Shown piece after piece: positions 8,892-17,288 of a DNA stretch of 25,123 nt. Source of the stretch: an uncultured Cytophagia bacterium (GTDB lineage: Bacteria; Zhuqueibacterota; Zhuqueibacteria; Oceanimicrobiales; CAZMEG01); NCBI GenBank assembly GCA_964565205.1, contig CAZMEG010000001.1, forward strand, positions 1-25,123, given 5' to 3'. The first letter of the stretch is position 1. Each line of letters starts with the position of its first letter. Below the pieces are notes generated by a model that ran no database searches, was not told the DNA's origin, and was given only the letters and a program-made list of their open reading frames with translations. The translations under genes and the position numbers were made by a program.

Positions 8892-9373
8892 TACAATCGA
8901 TAAATTTCAATTTCCCGATAATTTTCCAAACCTTTAAGAAACAAATTTTTTAAATAAACTTCAAATCTTTTCTCAGGTAACACCTCTAAAACTTTATCTG
9001 CCCACTCAATAAGACTCACCCCATCTCCATAAAAATATTCTTCACATCCCAATTCGGTCATTTCTTCGACTGAGTTAATCCGGTAAAAATCAAAATGGTA
9101 TACGGGCCATTTACCTTCATATTCATGAATTAGAGTGAAAGTTGGACTGGTTACAGGAACCTTAACACCCAGTCCCTGACAGACCCCCTGAATAAAAACT
9201 GTTTTGCCACTTCCCAGTTCTCCAATCAGTGCCACCACGTCTCCACGTTTCAATTGTGAGGCTAACCACATTCCCGCACCAATGGTTTCATCGGGACTGT
9301 GAGATTGAATTTTTTTGATGGATTTTAAATTCGGGTTTCTGAGCAAAAGACTGGCATGGTCAGACTTGGGCAT
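8891..9373 (-). CDS. tsaE: tRNA t6A biosynthesis ATPase TsaE
   Basis: Walker A GELGSGKT, VTSPTFTLIHEY, HFDFYRI, LIEWAD. Confidence 0.96.
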   Translation of the reverse strand: MPKSDHASLLLRNPNLKSIKKIQSHSPDETIGAGMWLASQLKRGDVVALIGELGSGKTVFIQGVCQGLGVKVPVTSPTFTLIHEYEGKWPVYHFDFYRINSVEEMTELGCEEYFYGDGVSLIEWADKVLEVLPEKRFEVYLKNLFLKGLENYREIEIYRL

Positions 9374-9384
9374 GGCATCCTCGT

Positions 9385-10950
9385 TTAACTTGATTTGGGC
9401 TCCAGAGTCACCACCGGTAGGATCATCTCCTCCATGGATACGCCGCCATGCTGGAAACTATCTTTATAATAATTTAAATAATGTCGGTAATTGGTTGGAT
9501 AAACAAAATAGTAATCTTCTTTAGCAATGAGATAATTAGAATTGATGCCTCTTGTAGGCAATTTAAATAATGAGGGATTTTTCAAGATAATGGCATGTTT
9601 GGCATCTACTTTTAAATTTTTCCCATATTTATATCGCAAATTAGTAGAGGTTTCACGATCACCAATGACCCGGGCACCGCGTGTACTCAGCACACTTCCA
9701 TGATCGGATGTGATGATCACCGTAACCTCCTGCTTGGCAAGCTCTTTTAAAATCTGAAATACATACGAATGCTGAAACCACGATTTGGTCAGGGCGCGAT
9801 AGGCGGTTTCATCCGGGGTCATTTCGCGTAATACTTCTGAATCGCTGCGCCGATGCGCCAGGATATCCACAAAATTCACCACAATGGCAAGCAAAGGAAT
9901 ATTCGAATAGGAGGAAATTTTTTTCAATACATTTCGAGCTTCCGAGGCATCCAGAATTTTGATATATTTGGAATTGGGTTTTAGATGAATCCCCAGTTCA
10001 GCCAACTGATATTCCAGCAACTGATGCTCGTACCGATTGCGACTGAAATCATCATCTTCCCCTTTTGCCCAGATTTCAGGATATTTTTTTTCGATTTCCC
10101 CGGGGAACAGTCCACTAAAAATGGCGTTGCGCGAATAAGGTGTGGCCGTGGGTAAAATGGAAAAGTAGGTGTCCTTCTGCACATTATAAAATACATAAAG
10201 CAACGGTTCAATTTCAATCCATTGATCCAGTCGAAGATTATCGATGACCAGAAACACCACCCGACGCCCTTCTTGCAGTAAAGGTGCCACATATTTTTTT
10301 ACCAGATGCACCGATAAAGTGGGACCTTCTTCAGTCTCATTTACCCAGTTTGCATAATGCTTTTCCACAAATTTGCCAAATTCCAGATTGCACTGGCGTC
10401 TTTGATCGCTTAACATTTGCTTTAGGCTGGATTCACTATGCTGATCGGTTTCCACTTCCCATTCACAGAGTCGCAGGTAAATCTTCATCCAGTCCTGCCA
10501 GGTCAAAGGTCCTAAGAGGGCACGGGAAATTTCATTGAATCCTGTTGTATAGTCCCGGGAAATTCGCTCACTCGTGATTTTCTTGCGTTCAAGAATTTTT
10601 TTGCAGGCTAAAAGAATTTGGCTGGGATTGACCGGTTTGGTCAGGTAATCATCAATCTTGCTCCCGATGGCCTCTTCCATCAAACTTTCTTCTTCATTTT
10701 TGGTGACCATCACTACAGGTAGCGAGGGATGGGCTTCTTTGATTTCAGTGAGGGCTGTGAGTCCATCTTTACCATGCAGCATTTCATCCAGCAAGACCAG
10801 ATCAAACGGTTGCTGGTTGATAAGCGTGATGGCATCCTCGGCATTGGTAACCGGTGTGACCTGATAGCCTTTATCCTCCAGAAAAATGATGTGTGAACGA
10901 AGTAGCTCTATTTCATCATCAACCCAGAGAATTCTCCCTTTTTTAGCCAT
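9385..10950 (-). CDS. porX: Response regulator with PglZ (alkaline-phosphatase superfamily) domain, PorX family
   Basis: Receiver domain (WVDDE, phospho-acceptor D55, VTK, YLTKP), helical linker, PglZ motifs IDNLRLDQW, LPTATPYSRNAIFSG, TSDHG, QHGGVSMEEM. Adjacent to tsaE, as in Bacteroidota. Confidence 0.85.
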   Translation of the reverse strand: MAKKGRILWVDDEIELLRSHIIFLEDKGYQVTPVTNAEDAITLINQQPFDLVLLDEMLHGKDGLTALTEIKEAHPSLPVVMVTKNEEESLMEEAIGSKIDDYLTKPVNPSQILLACKKILERKKITSERISRDYTTGFNEISRALLGPLTWQDWMKIYLRLCEWEVETDQHSESSLKQMLSDQRRQCNLEFGKFVEKHYANWVNETEEGPTLSVHLVKKYVAPLLQEGRRVVFLVIDNLRLDQWIEIEPLLYVFYNVQKDTYFSILPTATPYSRNAIFSGLFPGEIEKKYPEIWAKGEDDDFSRNRYEHQLLEYQLAELGIHLKPNSKYIKILDASEARNVLKKISSYSNIPLLAIVVNFVDILAHRRSDSEVLREMTPDETAYRALTKSWFQHSYVFQILKELAKQEVTVIITSDHGSVLSTRGARVIGDRETSTNLRYKYGKNLKVDAKHAIILKNPSLFKLPTRGINSNYLIAKEDYYFVYPTNYRHYLNYYKDSFQHGGVSMEEMILPVVTLEPKSS

Positions 10951-10994
10951 TTTGACCTTAACAATTTAAAATTATTACTTTTTTAACTCGATCT

Positions 10995-11023
10995 AAATTA
11001 GCAATTTTTCTAACGAGTGTCAA
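10995..11023 (-). promoter_or_regulatory. Putative sigma70 promoter of the porX...guaA operon
   Basis: Minus strand: perfect TTGACA (11023-11018), 17-nt spacer ending in TGn, TAATTT (11000-10995), about 45 nt upstream of the porX ATG. Confidence 0.7.
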
Positions 11024-11060
11024 TAATTATTTCTTTTAAATTTTTCTTAAAATGGTAGGA

Positions 11061-11395
11061 ACACGGATAAACGAGGATTGAACAGAAGTAATGGGTGTGG
11101 GAATTTCGGAAATCGGGATTCGGAATTCGAAAATTGCCTACAAGCAATTTCCCGACTAACATTCTAACACCTCTTACTGCTTTGCGCAGAGCGCCTGGCG
11201 CTTGGCGCTAACACCTTAATACACATGAACACCCGCACATTTAAGCACTCAGATAAAATCACAACTCCACAAATTCCAAAACCCGAGAAAATTCCAATGA
11301 ACAAAATCCTGAAACCCAAATTAAATCCCCAAAATCCCAATGGACTAAAACCCAATCCCAAAAAAGGTATGCAGATGAACACTGATTAGACGGAT
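11061..11395. repeat. Mosaic of degenerate short tandem repeats with a nested hairpin
   Basis: Heptamers CGGAAAT/CGGGATT/CGGAATT/CGAAAAT (11107-11134). Heptamers GCGCAGA/GCGCCTG/GCGCTTG/GCGCTAA (11184-11211). Octamers CTAACATT/CTAACACC (11156-11171). An AAATYCCAA-like tract (about 11257-11360). About 10-nt-period (G)GAT units at both ends. Confidence 0.75.
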
Positions 11396-11446
11396 TTAAT
11401 GGAGGTTGAGACTCTATGAAGATGTTTCCTGGGCCAGAAGATCAGG

Positions 11447-12196
11447 TTACTTGCCTGGTAACCAGAGGCTGCGACAGGTTAATTGCTGATGATCGAGGCC
11501 AGCGGCTTTATCCAGCAGTTTTAAAGTTTCGGGAAGCGGAACTGTGAATCGCCAATCGTCATCTCGGCCGCCCAGTTCCTGAAAAACACGCGACCATTGG
11601 GACCACCAGGGGGTAACTCGGCGGGATATGGGTTCCACGACCAGAATCGAGGCGCCTTTTTTTGCCGAGGTGATCAATTTTATGAATAAAATCTGTCTCT
11701 GACTTTCATCCAGTTCATTGGCAGTAAAAGCCAGGACAACGCCTGAATTTTTACCTGGTAAAATGACATTTTCCATATTGCCTCGCAGGGCTTTACCTTT
11801 TAAACCCAGAACCTGGTAAGTCCAGCGCGTCTCCTTTACCGCCCATGGATGACGATCGTAACCAATAATTTGAGGCTTTGAAGGAAGTTCCAGTGCCCAG
11901 GCTATACCAGCACTTCCTATACCACAACCTAAGTCTATGATTCTCTCAATGGAACCACGCGCCCCCAGTGCTCTCACCACATGTCGAACCTGAAGAAAAT
12001 GCATGGCACCATAATATAAAGCAAAAGCAGCCCTTTTACCCTTACCTTCCAGTGCTTTCTGAAAGGAGCGCTGCCCCCGCTTTTCCACATATAAAGCCGA
12101 GAGAGCCTGCAAAGCGCGACGTATCTCACTGAATTTTAATTCGTTGAGGTACTTTTTTTCTAAGGCCTCAAACCAGATTTGGAAAGGGTCTTTCAT
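11447..12196 (-). CDS. Class I SAM-dependent methyltransferase (possibly Rsm22-like)
   Basis: Motif I 'IIDLGCGIG', motif II acidic residue 'IIGYDR', later 'ILVVEP'. N-terminal 'LSALYVEKR...RAAFALYY' resembles Rsm22-family N-termini (from memory). Confidence 0.75.
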   Translation of the reverse strand: MKDPFQIWFEALEKKYLNELKFSEIRRALQALSALYVEKRGQRSFQKALEGKGKRAAFALYYGAMHFLQVRHVVRALGARGSIERIIDLGCGIGSAGIAWALELPSKPQIIGYDRHPWAVKETRWTYQVLGLKGKALRGNMENVILPGKNSGVVLAFTANELDESQRQILFIKLITSAKKGASILVVEPISRRVTPWWSQWSRVFQELGGRDDDWRFTVPLPETLKLLDKAAGLDHQQLTCRSLWLPGK

Positions 12197-12334
12197 AGTG
12201 GAACCAAATTAATAAAATGAGATGAACTTTTCAAAAAGATAAATAATAAACATTGGCTAATTCTTATATAAAACTATACTTGTGTTTTTACTGTTAATTA
12301 TTTATTTTTGTTTAAAAAATTCTTAAAATTTTTT

Positions 12335-12919
12335 ATGTCTGACCAATATGATCATAAAAAGAGTGATACTGAACTCTGGCATGAATTCATAAATGACAGC
12401 CAAAAAGCCTTAACCACTCTTTACATTCGTTACTATTCGCAACTTTACTCTTACGGATTAAAACTGGTGGGAGAAAAATTGATGGTGGAGGATACCATCC
12501 AGGAAATCTTTCTTTCTCTGTGGAAGAACAGAAAACAACGTTCTGTGGTTAGATCGGTGAAAGCTTATCTATTTAAGGCACTCCGATGGAAAATCATTCG
12601 TACAAGAATCAGCGAGCAAAACCGTGTGGCCAGAAATAACACATTTGCACAGGGACAGTCGGATTTTGTCCTTTCTCATGAAGAATTTCTCATCGATGGT
12701 GAGCTTAAAAATGAACAAAAAGCCCTGTTGCAAAAAGCTTTAAATAAACTTTCAAAACGTCAACAGGAAGCACTTTATTTGAAATTTTATCACGGTTTAA
12801 ACTATGAACAAATTGCTGAAGTTATGCAGATAACCAATCAGACCGTACGCAATTATGTGTTTGAAGCATTGCAAACATTGAGAAAACAATTACAAAATGT
12901 TCTGATTTCTTCCAGATAG
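12335..12919 (+). CDS. ECF sigma-70 factor (FecI-like / Bacteroidota PUL-type)
   Basis: Region 2 'LYIRYYSQLYSYG...VEDTIQEIFLSLWKNR', 'VKAYLFKALR'; region 4 'LNKLSKRQQEALYLKFYHGLNYEQIAEVMQITNQTVRNYV'. ATG 12335 preferred over TTG 12308. Confidence 0.93.
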   Translation: MSDQYDHKKSDTELWHEFINDSQKALTTLYIRYYSQLYSYGLKLVGEKLMVEDTIQEIFLSLWKNRKQRSVVRSVKAYLFKALRWKIIRTRISEQNRVARNNTFAQGQSDFVLSHEEFLIDGELKNEQKALLQKALNKLSKRQQEALYLKFYHGLNYEQIAEVMQITNQTVRNYVFEALQTLRKQLQNVLISSR

Positions 12920-13088
12920 TTTCCCCTTTAACCTCATAGAACCCCCCCAAAATTAATTAAATATATTGCAAAATGCTTCTTTTGCATAAATTTAGGGATA
13001 ATGTAAAAAAAATTAAGTACAAAACAGGATCGTCTGTAACTAAATATTAAAAACACTTAATATTCAACCAAAGTGCAGGATGATGTAA

Positions 13089-14114
13089 ATGAACGATTTT
13101 CAAAAATATTCTGTGGAAGACCTTTTGATGAATGAATCTTTCCAACTCTGGGTAATGGGGAAGGCGGAGAAAAAGGAAAGCCTTTTCTGGGAACATTGGA
13201 TTGAGGAGAGTGAGGAAAATAGAGCCAGGGCTGAGGAGGCGGCTAAAGTTATCCGACTGGTGCAATTCAAGCCTCAGGAAGTAGAGGTCAATTTAATCAA
13301 GAACGTAACTTTACTAAAAGAGAAACTCCGCAAATTCAACCACTCTTCACCACAACGCCGTCGCCTTATCCCATGGCCTATCTCCTCGTGGTATCTCAAA
13401 GTAGCTGCTGTTTTGGCTTTCATCATTTTACTTGGCTCGGGTTACTGGGGTCTTATGACCTATCTTCATTTCAAAACTGAACAAATTGTTAAGACCGATT
13501 ATGGTGAAAAAATCCGACTTACCCTGGCTGACGGTAGTACGGTCATTCTGAATGGTCATTCATCTTTGACCTACTTTAAGAGATGGTCTAAGGGTAAGGA
13601 GAGGAAGGTTACTTTAGAAGGAGAAGCGTATTTTTCCGTTACAAAGAAAGCCGAGCCTTTTCGTGTGTATACCTCCGACGGCATCATAACGGTCCTGGGT
13701 ACGGAATTTAATGTAACCAAATGGGGAAAACGAACACGCGTGGTTCTGAACCGTGGGAAGGTAGAAATTACTGTAAGAAAAGGAGGTGACACTAAAAAGC
13801 GAATTATTTTACATCCCAATCAAATGGCTCAATTTGGTTCGGAATTAGATTCCATCCGCGTAGAGCGTGTTAATTCAGAAGTTTACGCATCCTGGCGCAC
13901 AAACATGCTGATATTCGATAATACCCCTGTAAGGGAAATTCTCGAACGCATGGAGTATACTTACGGCATTGTATTTATAGTTGAGGAGATGAATATATTA
14001 AACAAGAGGGTTTCCGGTAAAATTGAAAATAACAAAGATGTCTTGCTTCGGGGCCTGGCCAATTTATTAAAACGTCCGGTATACGTGCAGGATGGAAAAG
14101 TTTTTATCAAATAG
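13089..14114 (+). CDS. FecR-family anti-sigma factor / transmembrane signal transducer
   Basis: N-terminal 'DLLMNESFQLWV', one TM helix (VAAVLAFIILLGSGYWGLM), FecR motifs 'TLADGSTVILNGHSSL', 'LEGEAYFSV', 'VLGTEFNV', 'WRTNMLIFDNTP'. Confidence 0.93.
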   Translation: MNDFQKYSVEDLLMNESFQLWVMGKAEKKESLFWEHWIEESEENRARAEEAAKVIRLVQFKPQEVEVNLIKNVTLLKEKLRKFNHSSPQRRRLIPWPISSWYLKVAAVLAFIILLGSGYWGLMTYLHFKTEQIVKTDYGEKIRLTLADGSTVILNGHSSLTYFKRWSKGKERKVTLEGEAYFSVTKKAEPFRVYTSDGIITVLGTEFNVTKWGKRTRVVLNRGKVEITVRKGGDTKKRIILHPNQMAQFGSELDSIRVERVNSEVYASWRTNMLIFDNTPVREILERMEYTYGIVFIVEEMNILNKRVSGKIENNKDVLLRGLANLLKRPVYVQDGKVFIK

Positions 14115-14158
14115 ATCCATTAAATATAATTTAATCATTAAGTATGGAGGGTAGAAAA

Positions 14159-17146
14159 ATGAAAAGGCATATCTTTAAATCCATAATCGTGGTTCTTTTA
14201 TATCTTTTAGTGGGGCATGTATTTGCTCAAAATACTCCCCCCATAGCTTCAATGGTTCATAATTCGGCTTTTACGAAAGAGAGCTCACCGAGGTTTATTT
14301 TACTTAAAGAAGCCTTAAAAAGTATCGAACAAAGGTTTAATGTAGGGTTCCTGTATTACAGTGGAGTGGGGGAGAAGATATTTTTAAAAAATAAGGTCAA
14401 ACTTTCGAATAACCTGGAGGAGACTTTGAAGAGTATTTTAAAGCCCCTCAAGTTAGTTTCCGTAAAAGTTGGCCCCAGTTCTTATGTAATAGCTTATCCT
14501 TCCCAGAAAAATGCCATCTTATCGATGTTCCAGGCGAACTCCATGCCGCAGGAAAAAGGAAAGGTTGTGGGAAGAGTCACTGACCAATCCGGTGCCCCTC
14601 TTTTTGGAACACAGGTTTTGCTGGTAGGAACTACCCTGGGAGATGTGACCGATGCAGATGGCAATTATGAAATTGCCAATGTGGAACCGGGGAATTATCA
14701 ATTACGGGCTTCTTTTATTGGCTATCGTACCCAAACCGTGGATATTACCGTGAGGGCAGGGGAAACGAGTACCCATGATTTTACCATGGTGATGGACATT
14801 CTAAACATGGAAGAGATTGTGACCACCGCCACCCGTGTGGGAAGAGAGCAAAAAGAAGCTACGACTTCTATGTCCATTGTAACAGCCAAACGAATTGAGA
14901 CTTTTCAACCTCAGAGTGTGGCTGAGATATTGCGAACCGTTCCTGGCATTCATGCCGAAGAAGGCGGTGGGGAGGTGGCTGTGAACTCCTTTGTTCGAGG
15001 GTTACCTTCTCCCGGACAATTTCGCTATCAGACACTTCAGGAAGATGGCATACCCATCCGCTCCATTCCTGGCGGATTTATCTCCGCCGAAGATGTTTTT
15101 TTCCGCCAGGATCTTAACGTACGTACCCTAGAAGTGGCCAAAGGAGGTGCATCAACCCTGTTTGGTATTAATGCTCCAGGGGGCATCATTAATTATATCA
15201 GTAAAACGGGCGGGGAGATTATGCACTCTACACTAAGGTTTACTGCAGGCGAAAAAAATTATTACCGGGCTGACTTTAATACCAATGGACCTCTTGGGAA
15301 GGATTATTATTTTAATATTGGCGGATTCTATCGTTTTGACGAAGGTCCTCGCGTCAGTGGTCTCCCGACCCAGGGTCTTCAAATTAAGGGTAATGTTACC
15401 CGGGTTATGAAATCAGGCCACCTGCGGTTTTATTTTAAGTATATGGATGATCGGGTACAATTTCTACTGCCCTTTGCTCACGATAGCCAGACTCTGAAGC
15501 CGGCTATTGATTCCGATGGTACCCATAATTCAGCCGAGGCGGCTGATTTTACAATTCCGACTCCTGGTGGCACTTTTGAATCTACCATGGATCGGGGTGT
15601 TATGACCAAAGGGGCTTCTGTTATGTTCGAATATTATAATGAGTGGGGAGAAGGCTGGTCCATTGAAAATAAAACGAAATGGATGGACTTTAAACACGAA
15701 TTTAATATTTTCATTCCGTTTGTCGCTTCTTTTGCCGATGCTTTTGCCGAGAAGTACAAACAGGATCCCAATGATCAGGCTGTTTATTCATTTACAAATC
15801 ATCCGGCCACGCCTTTTAATGCAAAAGCGGTCATGCCTCAGGGCCTTTGGGCACGCTTTCGACCCACCAAAGAACTGGTCAATCAGTTTGTTCTGCAAAA
15901 GCGCCTGGATACGGGAATTTCGACCCATGTTTTCTCTTTTGGAACATATCTCTCGCGTACCGAGGCCACCGACAAGCAAATTCGCACCACGGGTCTCTTT
16001 GAAATGGCCGATAAGCCTCGCCTGGTAGATTTGAAAATCGTACGAACCGATGGCAGTACGCTCCAGGTGACCCGTAATGGGATTCTGGAAGTTTCAAACA
16101 ACTTCTTCAATCGTGAATTTGCCAGCAATACGGTGGCCATTTTTGCTGGAGATGAAATGAAAATTAACGATCGATGGCGAGTGGATGTAGGCCTTCGTTA
16201 TGAACGTGAGACTGCCACCGTGCGGGTGGAAAAAACCTCCAATTTTGATTTTCGAACTCCCACCGACTCCTCGTTAGCTCTTACCAAGGCCGTGTTTGGT
16301 AACGGCTCCTTCATACGCCGAAACCTTACATTTGACGATTTTGGTGTGGCGGTAGGCATCAATTATGCACTCAATGAATGGGTTAATTTTTATGGTAATG
16401 GCAGCCGAGGATTCGTATTTCCGGAGTTGAGTACATTTGCCGGAAATGTTAGTATTGATTCAAGAGGCAACTTCGTGCAACCAGAGCCTAAGGATAATGA
16501 AGAGTTCTTGCAGGCCGAAGGGGGTGTGAAAGTCTCTACTACGCAATTCTCTTTGGCCCTGTCCGGATTCTGGGTAGAGATTAATAATCGTCTCCAGGGG
16601 GACATCAAGATTATCGATGGTAAGGCGGTACAGGTAACCGATGCGGTCGGAAAAAGTCGCACCTTTGGACTGGAGGCCACCGGGGCTTTCGCCCCTCAGG
16701 CCGTACCGGGTTTGCGTCTTGAATCTTCCTTGACCTTACAAGATCATGAGGCTACCGACTTTAAAATCGGTGATCTGGACCTCAGCGGCAAGGATATAAA
16801 ACGAATTCCCCAATTCATGCTCAACAGTTCTCTATTTTATGAGCGTTATGGAGTCGATTTTATGTTAAACTGGCTGGTTCTGGGAGATCGATTCGCCGAT
16901 GACGCTAATTTGTTCAAGCTGGATGAATTTGGCGTGGTCACCCTGGCTGCGGGCTATACGGTGCGATTTAGGGGTGGTCAGAGCGCCCGATTCGGTATCA
17001 ACGTTTACAATTTATTTGATTCAGAAGGATTAACCGAAGGCGATCCACGTCTGGCCACGGGGGTAGACCCAAAACAGTTCCCATTTCTTAATGCACGTCC
17101 TATCTTACCCCAGCGTGTGAAAGCCAGCTTAACTTATAATTTTTAA
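14159..17146 (+). CDS. TonB-dependent transducer (STN signalling domain + CarboxypepD_reg-like domain + plug + barrel)
   Basis: Signal peptide, STN-like segment (LKEALKSIEQRFNVGFLY), 'GRVTDQSGAPL...TDADGNYEI...ASFIGY', TonB box 'MEEIVTTA', plug 'LEVAKGGASTLFGINAPGGIINYISK', C-terminal 'LTYNF'. ATG 14159 preferred because SD GGAGG lies at 14146-14150. Confidence 0.93.
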   Translation: MKRHIFKSIIVVLLYLLVGHVFAQNTPPIASMVHNSAFTKESSPRFILLKEALKSIEQRFNVGFLYYSGVGEKIFLKNKVKLSNNLEETLKSILKPLKLVSVKVGPSSYVIAYPSQKNAILSMFQANSMPQEKGKVVGRVTDQSGAPLFGTQVLLVGTTLGDVTDADGNYEIANVEPGNYQLRASFIGYRTQTVDITVRAGETSTHDFTMVMDILNMEEIVTTATRVGREQKEATTSMSIVTAKRIETFQPQSVAEILRTVPGIHAEEGGGEVAVNSFVRGLPSPGQFRYQTLQEDGIPIRSIPGGFISAEDVFFRQDLNVRTLEVAKGGASTLFGINAPGGIINYISKTGGEIMHSTLRFTAGEKNYYRADFNTNGPLGKDYYFNIGGFYRFDEGPRVSGLPTQGLQIKGNVTRVMKSGHLRFYFKYMDDRVQFLLPFAHDSQTLKPAIDSDGTHNSAEAADFTIPTPGGTFESTMDRGVMTKGASVMFEYYNEWGEGWSIENKTKWMDFKHEFNIFIPFVASFADAFAEKYKQDPNDQAVYSFTNHPATPFNAKAVMPQGLWARFRPTKELVNQFVLQKRLDTGISTHVFSFGTYLSRTEATDKQIRTTGLFEMADKPRLVDLKIVRTDGSTLQVTRNGILEVSNNFFNREFASNTVAIFAGDEMKINDRWRVDVGLRYERETATVRVEKTSNFDFRTPTDSSLALTKAVFGNGSFIRRNLTFDDFGVAVGINYALNEWVNFYGNGSRGFVFPELSTFAGNVSIDSRGNFVQPEPKDNEEFLQAEGGVKVSTTQFSLALSGFWVEINNRLQGDIKIIDGKAVQVTDAVGKSRTFGLEATGAFAPQAVPGLRLESSLTLQDHEATDFKIGDLDLSGKDIKRIPQFMLNSSLFYERYGVDFMLNWLVLGDRFADDANLFKLDEFGVVTLAAGYTVRFRGGQSARFGINVYNLFDSEGLTEGDPRLATGVDPKQFPFLNARPILPQRVKASLTYNF

Positions 17147-17153
17147 TAAGATT

Positions 17154-17264
17154 GCGAAACGTGGCTGTCCAAAGATACAATATATAGCGGTCAGGGAGCG
17201 CTTCTATCTTATATACGGCTAAACGCTTTTCCTGACAGCGGGTTTTTGGACAGCCTCGTTTCGC
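17154..17264. mobile_element. Palindromic MITE/REP-like element, copy 2
   Basis: Inverted repeats GCGAAACGTGGCTGTCCAAA (17154-17173) / TTTGGACAGCCTCGTTTCGC (17245-17264), 19/20 match. Inner arms GTCAGGGAGCG / CGCTTTTCCTGAC. Homologous to 4225-4337. Confidence 0.72.
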
Positions 17265-17288
17265 CGCTAACATTTTTGTGACCATATT

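Noticed and set aside
11107-11211. CRISPR array interpretation of the short repeats
   Set aside because: Units are 7-8 nt with no unique spacers, and no cas genes are present.
11164-11382. 72-aa minus-strand ORF (MFICIPFLGLGF...)
   Set aside because: It is a translation of the low-complexity repeat mosaic; the F/G/L bias reflects the repeats.
13047-13265. 72-aa minus-strand ORF
   Set aside because: Antisense to the fecR 5' end, with no homology signal.
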